NCBI GenBank assembly: GCA_007376205.1
Contig: VMFU01000007.1
Location: 14,118-78,117, forward strand
Reading direction: 5' to 3'
DNA from: Candidatus Peregrinibacteria bacterium Gr01-1014_25
GTDB lineage: Bacteria; Patescibacteriota; Gracilibacteria; Peribacterales; Peribacteraceae
DNA: 64,000 nt
Under the pieces are notes generated by a model that worked only from the letters and a program-made list of their open reading frames with translations, was not told the origin of the DNA and made no database searches. The position numbers were made by a program, and so were the translations under genes. Position 1 is the stretch's first letter; every line of letters starts with the position of its first letter. Below, piece by piece: positions 1-10,102 of this stretch.

Positions 1-3
1 GAC

Positions 4-3000
4 GTGCGTGCCGTCATCACCGAGGTCCTCTGGGCCGGCAGCGATGTCAGCAGCAGTGACGAGTGGGTGGGGATAGGGTGTATTGAGGGTCAGGAGGGTA
101 TGGTGAGTACAGGAGGTGTAGAGCGATGTGCGGTAGGCGGTTGGACGTTGACGTCGGTCAACGGTGCGGGGCAGGAAGTAACGATCGCACGATTAACCGT
201 TGGCGCGTCGATCCCCGCTGGCAGCGAAGCGGTGATCAGCCGCATGACGCGCGAGGCGTCGCGCCTGGACGTCGATCCATTCCTTATCAGTCCCGACCTG
301 ACGCTCCCGAATACCAAGCTCCTTCTTCGGTTGCGCGATGCCTCGGGAGCCGTCGCAGACATCGTCGATGACGGAGCGGGAAGCCCGCTTGCCGGTGCGA
401 ACCCGAGTGGCGGAACCGGCCGCGCGAGCATGGAGCGCATTGATCCTCGCGCGTCCGGGACGGACGCGGCGAACTGGCGGACGGCGACCGAGAGCAGGGG
501 ATTCGATGCCGGCGCGCAGGTGATGGGAAGCCCGGGGCTTCTTGAGGAGACCGAGGTGACCGACGTAACCGAGGAAACCAAGGATGACGGAACAAGCAGT
601 TCCTCGGTCTCTTCAGTCTCTTCGGCTTCGTCGGTCTCCTGTCGCTCCGTCGTCCCCGACATCGTCATCCAATCCGGCTCTCCGCGGGGCATCGGCAAGA
701 TCACGATCAACGTGCAGGCCGTCGCCCGCGAAGGGTCGCTCCAGGGAGCTGTATGTCGCTGGGAGTATCCCGACGGATGGAAGAGCGAGAGTTGCAACCC
801 GCCCGTCCGGACGGTGCGGACGGAGGGCGCCTCCGCAATCCGCCTCGCAGTCACGGATGCATGCGGCAATCTAACGACGCGCGATCTGCCGGTGGAGGTG
901 ATCTCGCAGACCGAGGAAGAAATTGCACAGAGATGTATTCCAACAGCATTCACTGGCGTGTTGTTGAGCGAACTCTCGCCCATGGGCGATGAGTGGATCG
1001 AGCTTGTAAACCATAGCGGCATGGAGCGGATTCTCTGCAGATGGAGCATCGACGACGGCGACGGCGGCAGTGCCGCATTCGCTCTCGACGCGCAGCGCAT
1101 CGGCGATGGGGGCCGGCTGCTGCTCCCCCGGAAGCTCACGAGCATTGCCCTGAACGACGACGGCGATAGTGCGCGCCTCTTCGCGCCGTCGCTTCGCGGG
1201 CAGTCGGGAGGACTGGTCGATGTACTGACGTATGAGGACATCGAGGAGGAGCACGTTCTTGCGCGCCGCGAGGACGACGGCACGTGGCTTCAGACTCCCT
1301 ATCCGACGCCGGGCGATAGGAACCGTTTCCGCGATCCGCTCGCAGTGAGCGGCCGCGCGTCGCTCGCTATCACGGCGGCGCTTCCGAATCCCGCGGGTGA
1401 GGACGATGGCGGCGAATGGATCGAGATTACAAACATCGGCGGACGCCCGGCGTTGTTGCGGGGCATGTCGCTGATCATCCGGAGCCCTTCGGGAAGGGAA
1501 AATCGGGTGGCTCTCCCCGCGGACGCCGCCCTTGCCAGACTGGAAGTCATGGCTCTGCATGGGGATGAATTCGCTCTTCGATTGCCAAGCGACGGCGGGA
1601 CGGTTGTGCTCGTGGATACCGATGGCAACGCACTTTCCGCGCTGTCGTGGGACCACACAGGTGAGGGCAAGATCGTCCGTGCCTCCGCGGATCGGCCGGA
1701 GGTTGTTCGCGCCGAAGTCCTCGCCGTGATCGATGGTGACACCATCGACGTGCGCACGCTCGATGATCGCGGAGCCCTTGCGGATGCGATGTTGCCCGAT
1801 GTGTTTCGCGTCCGGCTTCTCGGTATTGATGCACCCGAGAACCGCGAGCCGGGGAGCGCGGAAGCGGCCGCTGCGTTGGAGTTTCTCCTCGCCGATCGTC
1901 CGCTCCATTTGCTGTTCGACCGCCAGCGCAACGACCAATACGGACGCTTCCTCGCGTACGTCGAAGACGCGGAAACGCGCGACGATATCGGACGTCTCCT
2001 CCTGCGGCGCGGTCTTGTGAGCGTGCTCACTGCATTTCCTTTCGCGCGCATGGACGACTACCGCGCGGTTGAGGAGGACGCGCGCAGAGATGCCGTCGGC
2101 ATCTGGTCCACGTTCACGCGCGGCGATATTCTCCAGAGCCGGAAAACAAACGATGTTCTGCAGACGATCGTCAGCGATGGCTTCGCCGTCGCCGCCGATC
2201 CGCCGCCCGGCATTGTCGCATCGGGAACGCTGCTCCGGCTGCGCACCGACATCAATGCTGCCTTATTCGTCTCGGTGAATTCGGGAGCGTACCAATTGTC
2301 CGATGGTGATCTGCTCATCAATGCGCCGGCAGTCATCCGCGCCTACGCGGTTGCGTCCGGCGTGCAGCCGTCGTGCGGCACGGTCGCAACCCCGGTCTGG
2401 AGCGGCCGGTACGACGTGTATCAACCCGTCGAACAGCCTGTCACTATCGGTGAAATTCTGCCGTCGCCACCGTTAGGCGAGACCGAGTGGATCGAACTCA
2501 TGACGACAGGCAGCGGGGTGGTGAGCCTTGGCGGATGGACGGTCGACGATGTGCGCGGCGGAGGCAGCCGGCCGTGGGTGATTCCGCTGGGGACGATTTT
2601 GTCGGCGAAAGAGCCCTTGCTGTTGCGGAAAGATCAGACACATCTGACGCTGAACGATAGCGGCGATGACATCTGGCTCCTTCGGCCCGATGGGAGCGTC
2701 TCCGATCATGCAAACTACGCACATCTCAAGCGCGGGCAGAGCTGGACTCCGGAGTGCGTCACGTCCACGCCGACGCCGGGCACAGAAAATCGCTGCGAAT
2801 CAACGCCGGTTTTGTCGCTTATAAAAGGGCTGAAGTCGAAAAAGACCAAGGCGAGAAAGCCGCGGACATCTCCCGCAGGATTCCCCCCGCTGCTCCCCGC
2901 TGTTTCTTGGAGCGACGGGTCGTCGCTGACAATGGATATTCGCTCTGTCGCTGATACTCGTGGAGCCCTAACCCTAGCCATTTTAATCCTTACAATGGGC

Positions 3001-3051
3001 GTACAAGGCGCGGCCCTCTGGGCAGTGCGCAGACAGGGGGTTGCTGCATGA
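4..3051 (+). CDS. Lamin-tail-domain repeat protein with thermonuclease (SNase) domain and C-terminal membrane anchor; may be 5'-truncated by the window
   Basis: Repeated LTD-like motifs (DEWIELVN, GEWIEITN, TEWIELM, LNDDGD/LNDSGD, TPG.xN); SNase motifs VIDGDTI, VRLLGIDAPE, DQYGRFLAYV; hydrophobic C-terminus followed by RR. Confidence 0.8.
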   Translation: MRAVITEVLWAGSDVSSSDEWVGIGCIEGQEGMVSTGGVERCAVGGWTLTSVNGAGQEVTIARLTVGASIPAGSEAVISRMTREASRLDVDPFLISPDLTLPNTKLLLRLRDASGAVADIVDDGAGSPLAGANPSGGTGRASMERIDPRASGTDAANWRTATESRGFDAGAQVMGSPGLLEETEVTDVTEETKDDGTSSSSVSSVSSASSVSCRSVVPDIVIQSGSPRGIGKITINVQAVAREGSLQGAVCRWEYPDGWKSESCNPPVRTVRTEGASAIRLAVTDACGNLTTRDLPVEVISQTEEEIAQRCIPTAFTGVLLSELSPMGDEWIELVNHSGMERILCRWSIDDGDGGSAAFALDAQRIGDGGRLLLPRKLTSIALNDDGDSARLFAPSLRGQSGGLVDVLTYEDIEEEHVLARREDDGTWLQTPYPTPGDRNRFRDPLAVSGRASLAITAALPNPAGEDDGGEWIEITNIGGRPALLRGMSLIIRSPSGRENRVALPADAALARLEVMALHGDEFALRLPSDGGTVVLVDTDGNALSALSWDHTGEGKIVRASADRPEVVRAEVLAVIDGDTIDVRTLDDRGALADAMLPDVFRVRLLGIDAPENREPGSAEAAAALEFLLADRPLHLLFDRQRNDQYGRFLAYVEDAETRDDIGRLLLRRGLVSVLTAFPFARMDDYRAVEEDARRDAVGIWSTFTRGDILQSRKTNDVLQTIVSDGFAVAADPPPGIVASGTLLRLRTDINAALFVSVNSGAYQLSDGDLLINAPAVIRAYAVASGVQPSCGTVATPVWSGRYDVYQPVEQPVTIGEILPSPPLGETEWIELMTTGSGVVSLGGWTVDDVRGGGSRPWVIPLGTILSAKEPLLLRKDQTHLTLNDSGDDIWLLRPDGSVSDHANYAHLKRGQSWTPECVTSTPTPGTENRCESTPVLSLIKGLKSKKTKARKPRTSPAGFPPLLPAVSWSDGSSLTMDIRSVADTRGALTLAILILTMGVQGAALWAVRRQGVAA
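544..640. repeat. Two inverted arrays of the 9-nt GARACCGAN repeat, in frame in ORF1
   Basis: GAGACCGAG GTGACCGAC GTAACCGAG GAAACCAAG at 547-582 and a reverse-complement array at 601-640; they encode ETEVTDVTEETK and SSVSSVSSASSVS. Confidence 0.8.
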
Positions 3052-3109
3052 CGGCGTAGGGCAGAGAAAAGCATTGCCGAAAAGCCTCAAATCTGCTACA
3101 CTAGTGGGA

Positions 3110-4261
3110 ATGCTCAAACAAAAAAACACAGCCGCATTGGGCATGGCGATGTCCCGCCTATGCGGGAGAGAGGGCAGGCTCCTCAAGCAGCAGCTGACCC
3201 CGCAGGAGGTGGCTGATCTCGAAGCGGTGATCCAGCAGCCCACCTTCAACGCTTTGGCGCCCCAGCAGCGCGTGAATGCCGTTCGCACAGCGATCAATCA
3301 GATTTTGCAGCGTCGTCCGGCGCAGCCTAACCAACCTGCACAACCCAATGCCCCGGCTGGCGGCAACAACGCTGCGGCGAATGTCGTCCCGCCGGTTGCC
3401 GCGGCCTTTATGCCGGGTGGTAACGCCCCGGCGCCTGAAAAAACACACAGTCTGCCGCGGGCGCTGACCATCGGCGCTTCGACCGCGGCGGTTCCGGCCG
3501 CGGCGGCGCTGGCAGCTACGGCATGGAGCCCAACGTTCCTCGGGCTGACCACCGGTCCCATGATTGGAGCTGGTGCAACCCTGGGATTTCCTGCTGCGGT
3601 TGGAGCGGGAGCTGGATACTGGCTCGGAAAAAAGGTTGGTCATCCGGTGGCGGGTACGGCCGCAGGGTTTGCCGCCGGCACGGTTGGCGGATACGCAATC
3701 CTCTCGCAGATTCCCGCTCTTGCCGGTTTGGGCTTGAGCGTATCGGCCTTGCCCGTCGCCGGTGCCATCGCTGCTCCGGCCATCGGCGCCGCCGGCGCCT
3801 ACGGTCTGGGCCGCGTTCACCGCTGGGCATGGGATACGCCGCATGATGTTGGAACCTGGGGAACCCTCGGCCGTGGTGTCCTCGCCCCTGCGACGCTCCT
3901 CGCGGGCCGACCGCTCAACTGGCTCCATGAGAAGGCGTGGAGCGCCAACAAATCGACGCACCGCGGAACGCAGCTGCTCCGGACGCTGATCGCGCCGGCC
4001 TCCGTACCGACGGGGATCGTGTGGAACCGCGCCGGCGTCGGCGCAATGCTCGGGGGCCTGTGGCGTGGGTTCGGATTCGACTACAAGCCCAAGCATGAGT
4101 CGGGCTGGAAGAGTTACACCGAGGCGCTTGGCTCGATTCCGGGCCGCATTATCCGCTGGCCGTTCTCCGCGATCGCCAAGGTCCCGGGCAAGGTGAAGAG
4201 CGCCTGGCACTACCTCTTCGACAAGACTGGCGGCGCATCATCTTCCGCTCCCTCGCACTAA
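3110..4261 (+). CDS. Hypothetical membrane protein with Gly/Ala zipper-like hydrophobic region and ExRL-type leader
   Basis: Long ORF; start chosen at ATG 3110, 7 nt after TGCTACACT (-10) with TTGCCG upstream; many GxxxG/AxxxG segments. Confidence 0.7.
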   Translation: MLKQKNTAALGMAMSRLCGREGRLLKQQLTPQEVADLEAVIQQPTFNALAPQQRVNAVRTAINQILQRRPAQPNQPAQPNAPAGGNNAAANVVPPVAAAFMPGGNAPAPEKTHSLPRALTIGASTAAVPAAAALAATAWSPTFLGLTTGPMIGAGATLGFPAAVGAGAGYWLGKKVGHPVAGTAAGFAAGTVGGYAILSQIPALAGLGLSVSALPVAGAIAAPAIGAAGAYGLGRVHRWAWDTPHDVGTWGTLGRGVLAPATLLAGRPLNWLHEKAWSANKSTHRGTQLLRTLIAPASVPTGIVWNRAGVGAMLGGLWRGFGFDYKPKHESGWKSYTEALGSIPGRIIRWPFSAIAKVPGKVKSAWHYLFDKTGGASSSAPSH

Positions 4262-4264
4262 ACC

Positions 4265-6949
4265 ATGCCTTTCCCCAATGCTCCCGACGGCATGAACCTT
4301 CCCGGCATGTGGGACCAAGACCCCAATCTGCCGCCGATGCCACAGGGCTTCGATACGCACGGAGCCGGTTGGCAGGGAATGCCGATGATGCCGATGGAGA
4401 TGCCCCAACCGATGGTACAGCCGGTGTGGCCGGGCATGCTGCCCGCCGAGGGCGAAGTGCCCTTCGAGACGCCGCTCTCCGGTCGCATGGACGCGCGCAT
4501 CCCCGGAACGCTCGAGCAGGCCAACCTGCACCGCCTCGGCGTCGAATCGCAGCATGCGGTGATGGGCGGCGAGATCAACCAGCTGGCGATGCACGAGTGG
4601 AACGCCCGTCCGTGGATGGCATATCCGTTCCTCGCGCAGCGCCTGACGCCCAGTCCCGCCCTCGCCGCGCTCGAAGAGTGGTATGCGGTGGCGTCACAGG
4701 CGGGAGACCCGCGGATGGGCGACGCGTTCGCCCAGCAGTGGGCGGTGGAGAATCCGGAGATGGCCGCGCTCGTCCGTCAGGAAATCCTGGCGCTCGGCCG
4801 AGGGCTGGGCGACGTCCAGCAGGTGCGCACGAAAACCGCCGAACATCTGCGCTCGCTCAAGGAGGATCGCGCCGGTTTGAGCTCGCTCGAAGACAACCTG
4901 CGCAAGGGCAAGGAGTTCATCGTCGACGATTTCCGCAACCACCCGATGACGAGCGTCGCGGTCGTCGTCGCGGGCATCATGCTCTACAAGATGCTCAAGG
5001 GCACGCGTGCCGGAAAATTCCTCGGCATCGGCGCGGGCGTCCTCGTCATCAGCACATTCCTGAAAGATCGCTACGGCATTCAGATCGGCGAGAAGGCCGC
5101 GCAGTTCGCGGAGGGCGCGTTCGGCAAGAAAGCCGGCGACGCCGTCCGTAACTTCCGCGACACGCTGCGCCGTCCGTTCGTCGGACCGGAAGGACAAGGC
5201 TCCGCCGTGGGCTTCCTGCAGGAGCGCATGGGCATCAACAGCAACGAAGAGAAGGTCGTTTTCCCCGCGCTCATCCGCCAGAACCCCCGCGAATTCCTTG
5301 CGTGGTACGACACCGCGCGCATGTGGCAGCACGCCGGCGTGCCTGCGACGGCCGATCTTCCGCCCGGTCTGAAAAAGGCGCTTTCCGGCCCGAGCGTTCC
5401 CACGTGGTTCAAGTCCCTGACGAAGAGCCAGAGGGTCGAGATCGTTCTCCGCGTCGCCGACAAGATGTTCGGGCACATCGCGCGCAGCGCGCCCGGCATC
5501 GATCCGGTCGCGTACGTCATGACGCGCTATGTCGAGGGCACGCAGTTCCAGGACGAGTACGGTCAGTGGCATAACTCGGTTATGAACGCGCAGCCCGGCG
5601 ACGAGCTGTACCAGATGCAGATGTTCGATCCGACGATGCGCGACATCGCGGGAGGGTTCCAGAAGCAGACGCGCAACGGCGCGAAGTCGATGGACTTCCT
5701 CGACATCCTTCTTATGGAGATGCGCGACAACGACTGGAACGATTTGAAGACCTACAACGGTGCCGGTTGGAGCGCCAACGAGGTCTGGAAGGGGACGAAA
5801 GCCGGCGCGACGGCCGCGGTCGAGTTCGGCCAGGACTGGGTCGCGCGGCCGCTCATCAACCTGTTCACGACGCATATCCCCAGCTTCTGGAAGAACGATG
5901 TGAAGCCGTTCATGGACCGCAATGGCATCACGCAGGAGAACTTCGAGAAGCAGTTCATGAAGGCGTACCGCGAAGCGAAAGCGGCGGGCAAAGATGTCGT
6001 GACCTTCGCGGAGGGGACGACGGTATGGCGTGCACTCAAGAGCATGGGCATTCTCACCTTCAATCAGGCAACGCGCGCATGGGAAATGTCCGCAGATCAG
6101 GCCGAACGTCTGGCGGTATACCTTGAGTGGCAGCGCATTGAACAGCGCGCGAATGCCGCAAAATTCCAGGAGTGGCGCCAGGACGTGTGGGATGCGAATG
6201 CATCTCAATTGCGCCCTCAAGTGCTTCCTGGCGGCATTACGGTTCCGCCCGGCCGTCGGGGATTTTTGGTCAATCCCAATGTGCCGGCAACGCGACAGAT
6301 GTGGGACCTGCTCGTGGAAATTCGCGTCATTCAGGATGGACTGCAAACAGTGCAGGGTCCGGCGGGGGAGACGGTCATCACCATCAGCGATGCCGACGCA
6401 TCACGTCTGAATGCGTGGCTGATTGCGGTGAATTCTTTCCTATTTACAACTGCTGGCCAGGGCGCCAGTAATGGTCAGGCCGGAGGAGGCCTGCCGAACA
6501 ATGTTGCCGGCAGCGGCCCTGCAGGCGGCGTGAACCAGCCGGCGAATGCGCAGACTCAACCGAATATTGCAGGAACCCATAACAAGCTGTCACCCGAGCG
6601 CGTCCAGCAACTCATCGGCGCGCTCCAATCCCGCATCGATGCTCTCGGATTCACATCAGTGAAATTGCGTCCCAGCGGATCCCATCCGGGCGATATCGAA
6701 ATTTGTCAGGCGGATGTGAACTTCAATGCGGCACAGCCCGAACTGATCGCGCGTACGAATGCCGATAATCTCGCAGTGGATATTGCAAACGCGGCACAAC
6801 TGCAAGCGATGGCTTCGGCTACTCACCAAGCTTATGCGCGATGGCTCCGTCACTTCAGCACCGAACAGCGGCGTCTTGATACAAATAAGAATCTCTTCGA
6901 TGCAAGGATACCAACGACGGGCGAGCCGGCCCCGCCTGTAGACCTCTGA
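4265..6949 (+). CDS. Large hypothetical protein with P/M/Q-rich N-terminus and two adjacent TM segments
   Basis: 894-aa ORF 3 nt after the upstream stop; SVAVVVAGIMLY and FLGIGAGVLVISTFL hydrophobic pair. Confidence 0.7.
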   Translation: MPFPNAPDGMNLPGMWDQDPNLPPMPQGFDTHGAGWQGMPMMPMEMPQPMVQPVWPGMLPAEGEVPFETPLSGRMDARIPGTLEQANLHRLGVESQHAVMGGEINQLAMHEWNARPWMAYPFLAQRLTPSPALAALEEWYAVASQAGDPRMGDAFAQQWAVENPEMAALVRQEILALGRGLGDVQQVRTKTAEHLRSLKEDRAGLSSLEDNLRKGKEFIVDDFRNHPMTSVAVVVAGIMLYKMLKGTRAGKFLGIGAGVLVISTFLKDRYGIQIGEKAAQFAEGAFGKKAGDAVRNFRDTLRRPFVGPEGQGSAVGFLQERMGINSNEEKVVFPALIRQNPREFLAWYDTARMWQHAGVPATADLPPGLKKALSGPSVPTWFKSLTKSQRVEIVLRVADKMFGHIARSAPGIDPVAYVMTRYVEGTQFQDEYGQWHNSVMNAQPGDELYQMQMFDPTMRDIAGGFQKQTRNGAKSMDFLDILLMEMRDNDWNDLKTYNGAGWSANEVWKGTKAGATAAVEFGQDWVARPLINLFTTHIPSFWKNDVKPFMDRNGITQENFEKQFMKAYREAKAAGKDVVTFAEGTTVWRALKSMGILTFNQATRAWEMSADQAERLAVYLEWQRIEQRANAAKFQEWRQDVWDANASQLRPQVLPGGITVPPGRRGFLVNPNVPATRQMWDLLVEIRVIQDGLQTVQGPAGETVITISDADASRLNAWLIAVNSFLFTTAGQGASNGQAGGGLPNNVAGSGPAGGVNQPANAQTQPNIAGTHNKLSPERVQQLIGALQSRIDALGFTSVKLRPSGSHPGDIEICQADVNFNAAQPELIARTNADNLAVDIANAAQLQAMASATHQAYARWLRHFSTEQRRLDTNKNLFDARIPTTGEPAPPVDL

Positions 6950-6956
6950 AGACATC

Positions 6957-6989
6957 AAAAAAACCCGAACGCGCTTGCGCGCGCTCGGG
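6957..6989 (-). terminator. Intrinsic terminator for the 6996-7670 gene
   Basis: Minus strand CCCGAGCGCGC-GCAA-GCGCGTTCGGG followed by T7. Confidence 0.9.
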
Positions 6990-6995
6990 CAATAG

Positions 6996-7670
6996 TCAGT
7001 TCCCTCCGGCATCGACCATCCGGTAGGACGGCTGAATCAGCAGACACTGTGCTTTGTGCTGCTCCCCACGGTGCGGCGGTCCGAGCTTTTGTGTCAGTCC
7101 GCCCATGACTTTCTGCATCCATGCTGTGCTGTATGCCGGTGTCCAGATGTCCTCCTGGAACACCAGCGGCACCATGCACAGTTTTCCGGGCGGATTGAGC
7201 GCTTGCTTGCTCTTATCCAGCGCATTGCAGAACACCCACGCACCGCTGATGCGTTGCAGATCCTCGCTTACCATGAACTGCACCTTCAGGATTTCCTTTC
7301 CCTTCACTCTGTTGCCCGTCGATACCGGCCTCTCGAAGGCGAAATCGACTTCCTTGACGAGAGTATCGATCTGTTCCGGAGACAGGTCTTCGTTTTTCAG
7401 GGTGAAGTGGTAGGGCTTTATTCTGAAGTTGACGTCGAAGTTCGCCTTCCGCATCTCGTTGTATGAGAGCAGGTCGGCGAGTGCCTGGGTCATGGGGAGG
7501 AGGGGATCCCCGAGCGTGACGGCAGGAGGTGCGGGATTGTTGGCAGCAGGGCCCTGCCCCGACGTTTGCTGATCGGGTTTCAGTTTCAGGACGCCTGCCT
7601 GGTGCAGGAGGCCTGCCCCCACGCCCGCCACAATCACCGTGGCGACCAGAGCAATGAGAACCTTCTTCAT
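6996..7670 (-). CDS. Hypothetical exported or membrane-anchored protein (SD-led)
   Basis: MKKVLIALVATVIVAGVGAGLL N-terminus; GGAG 8 nt before ATG; own promoter and terminator. Confidence 0.75.
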   Translation of the reverse strand: MKKVLIALVATVIVAGVGAGLLHQAGVLKLKPDQQTSGQGPAANNPAPPAVTLGDPLLPMTQALADLLSYNEMRKANFDVNFRIKPYHFTLKNEDLSPEQIDTLVKEVDFAFERPVSTGNRVKGKEILKVQFMVSEDLQRISGAWVFCNALDKSKQALNPPGKLCMVPLVFQEDIWTPAYSTAWMQKVMGGLTQKLGPPHRGEQHKAQCLLIQPSYRMVDAGGN

Positions 7671-7749
7671 ACGCGTTTCTCCGCTTGTTGGACATCCGGT
7701 CATGCACCCACAATGGGTGCCGCGCCTATGCTGAAAGGAGCTTCGGACA

Positions 7750-7808
7750 TAAAAGCAGAATAGGTGTTATTTGTCAATATTTGACAAAATCATGAAAATC
7801 ATGATAAT
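7750..7808. promoter_or_regulatory. Back-to-back divergent sigma70-type promoters
   Basis: TTTGTCAA-TAT-TTGACAAA gives TTGACA on both strands; minus strand TTGACA-17-TTTTAT with extended TG, plus strand TTGACA-16-GATAAT. Confidence 0.7.
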
Positions 7809-7882
7809 TGGCTAGTTTGCAGGAGGCCTGCAGACGCTGTGGTCCTTCGCAGCAGCGGTTGTTCTCAAACGGAGAAAGTCCC

Positions 7883-8563
7883 ATGCCGGAAACTGTCAAA
7901 CCCAAGAAAATCGTCTTCTACGATTTTCCACCCTTCCTCTGTGCGTGGCTGATCATCGTGCCGGGGTTCCTCCTGGCCGGCCTGCACTACATCGCCCCGC
8001 AAACTGTTACCGAAAACGTCATCGGAGCGATCTGGGTGACCTGTGTCATCGCGCTCGTGACCACGAACGGCATCGACATCGATGCCCGTGGCACCATCAG
8101 CCTCATCCTCGTGCTCGTGATCGGTGGCCTGGCCGCCTGGATCCTGTCGATCTACGGCGTGCCGGTTCTGTCCCACATCATGCGGGTCATTGGCGGGCTG
8201 AACTTCAAGATCTCGGCCGAAGCCATGCTGTCCGTCAGTTCGCTCCTGGGATTCTTTTACATCGTCATGCTCCTAAACGTGTGGATCAACCACCGATGGG
8301 AGGTGACCCCAGGTTTCATTCAACGGTCAAAATGGTTCTGGACGAAGGAAGAGCAAATACCCATTCACGGCGAACATCGAATAACGCACGAGGTTGGAGA
8401 CCTCCTGGAATGGGTGTTCTGCATGGGCGCAGGAACGCTGCACGTTCCGCATGGAAGCGGAAGAGGAAAGCCTCTGAAGCTGTTCGTGATGGGAGTGAAG
8501 AGCCTGAGCGAGTCCATACAAGGCTTCGAAGCACTGCCAGTCACAACAAGTACCACTCCTTGA
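7883..8563 (+). CDS. Hypothetical multi-TM membrane protein with soluble C-terminal (PH-like?) domain (SD-led)
   Basis: About four hydrophobic helices; GGAG 8 nt before ATG 7883. Confidence 0.75.
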   Translation: MPETVKPKKIVFYDFPPFLCAWLIIVPGFLLAGLHYIAPQTVTENVIGAIWVTCVIALVTTNGIDIDARGTISLILVLVIGGLAAWILSIYGVPVLSHIMRVIGGLNFKISAEAMLSVSSLLGFFYIVMLLNVWINHRWEVTPGFIQRSKWFWTKEEQIPIHGEHRITHEVGDLLEWVFCMGAGTLHVPHGSGRGKPLKLFVMGVKSLSESIQGFEALPVTTSTTP

Positions 8564-8583
8564 TGTAACAACTCTGCTGCGTG

Positions 8584-8612
8584 ACCGGGTGCGCACAAAC
8601 GCGCCCGGTTCA
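8584..8612. terminator. Hairpin between convergent genes (possible terminator)
   Basis: ACCGGGTGCG-CACAAA-CGCGCCCGGT stem-loop; weak U-tract. Confidence 0.5.
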
Positions 8613-10022
8613 TTTCGCGATAACGACTTTGGTTCCCTGTTTCCAGCCGGTCCCATCGTTGAATTGCATGATCACGCGGATCTCCTGCCCCTTGATGCTG
8701 TCAGGCAGAGTGTAACGGAACACGCCACCGGACATGCCCGTGGGCGGCATGGGCGTGGGGGTCTGGCCCGCTGTTCCGATGCTCAATCGTATGGAGCCGG
8801 GTGCCATTTCCTTGGGGAACTGGAAGGCGAGAACATCGCCGGTTTTCTGCACGCTGCATCCGTCGAAACCAAGGGGCTTCGGTGGCACGGCAGGTGGTTT
8901 CACCAAGTCGGGAGTGGGGCCGTTTCCCGTATCGGGTCCCATGTTTTTTACAGCCTTTCCGATCAGCCCACCTCCAAGTAGCAGACCGACGGTGGCGATT
9001 GCTCCGTAGATACCGCGGCGATACAACCGCTGGCGACGTTCAACCCGCTGCTCGTACTCCGGTGTATCGTTCTGCATGACGACGTTTGGCGGACGATGAC
9101 GATGACGCTGGATTTGCTGTTCCATTGCCAGGGCAAGATCGCTCATTGCTTGCAGAACTTCGTCCAGATTTTGGATGCTGACCTCATCGGCCGGGCGCCC
9201 CGCCATAGGGTGAATTTGTCGTCCGGTTCTTCCGTCCAGTTCTCTGGCGAGAGTGGCGATCGTGCGATCTCCGAGACGCAGATCATCACGGTTCCAGAAT
9301 TCCTCCCCGACGATCAGCCTGGCGACATCGCGCATTTCATCACGGCATGCCAAATACCTTCGTCCCGTCGTACCCGTGACGACGCGGGCGGCGTCGTCAG
9401 CCGGGGTGACAGGTCGGCGATTCACTTCACGCGCCATTCGTCCACTCAATGTGTCGGCGGCCGCATACAAAGCGTCCATAGCGGGGTAGCCGCCTGCGAA
9501 TCTGCCATCACCCTGGATCGTTGTGCGCAGCAATGAGAGGAGTTTATTGATGTCCACATTGATTGGATCTCCGGTTGTTTGGGGCAATTGCCAGTGGGGC
9601 AAAATGGCAAACCCCAGGAGCAAGCCTTCCAGTCGTCCGCGAATACTGACGTAGTCTGCGTGTCTCGGTCGAACAGGAGGCGTGGCACGCGGATCACCAA
9701 TGTTCCAGTATTGGTCTGTACTCCGCTGCGGATGATTTTTATCGGTTGTTGTCATGCCCAAAAAATCTCCGATTGCCCGGCTGAATTCATCGGAATTTGC
9801 CCGACCGGTTGTGTTCAGATCATTCCAAACAGGTTCTGGCGGCGTTCCGACATCCAGTCTGACCGCCTCTGCAAGCAGCCCGAATACCGCGTCCATCCTG
9901 CGCCGTATGTGCGTGGCTCGTTCAATGTTCGTCGCGTACCGCGCATTCTCCCGTCTGGCGTCGATGCTTGTTGTAGAAGGAATCGGTGGCGTAGGAGAAG
10001 GCGGAGGCGTAGCTGTGGACAT
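8610..10022 (-). CDS. Hypothetical single-TM protein (leaderless)
   Basis: 470-aa ORF; TATAAT 6 nt before ATG; TM segment GIYGAIATVGLLLGGGLIG near the C-terminus. Confidence 0.7.
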   Translation of the reverse strand: MSTATPPPSPTPPIPSTTSIDARRENARYATNIERATHIRRRMDAVFGLLAEAVRLDVGTPPEPVWNDLNTTGRANSDEFSRAIGDFLGMTTTDKNHPQRSTDQYWNIGDPRATPPVRPRHADYVSIRGRLEGLLLGFAILPHWQLPQTTGDPINVDINKLLSLLRTTIQGDGRFAGGYPAMDALYAAADTLSGRMAREVNRRPVTPADDAARVVTGTTGRRYLACRDEMRDVARLIVGEEFWNRDDLRLGDRTIATLARELDGRTGRQIHPMAGRPADEVSIQNLDEVLQAMSDLALAMEQQIQRHRHRPPNVVMQNDTPEYEQRVERRQRLYRRGIYGAIATVGLLLGGGLIGKAVKNMGPDTGNGPTPDLVKPPAVPPKPLGFDGCSVQKTGDVLAFQFPKEMAPGSIRLSIGTAGQTPTPMPPTGMSGGVFRYTLPDSIKGQEIRVIMQFNDGTGWKQGTKVVIAK

Positions 10023-10102
10023 GTAGGTATTATACTACTTTTTTGAAAATTATCAAATTTGGCGGTAACGCGAGGTTACCGCCAATGGCTGCTATCGACA
10101 TG

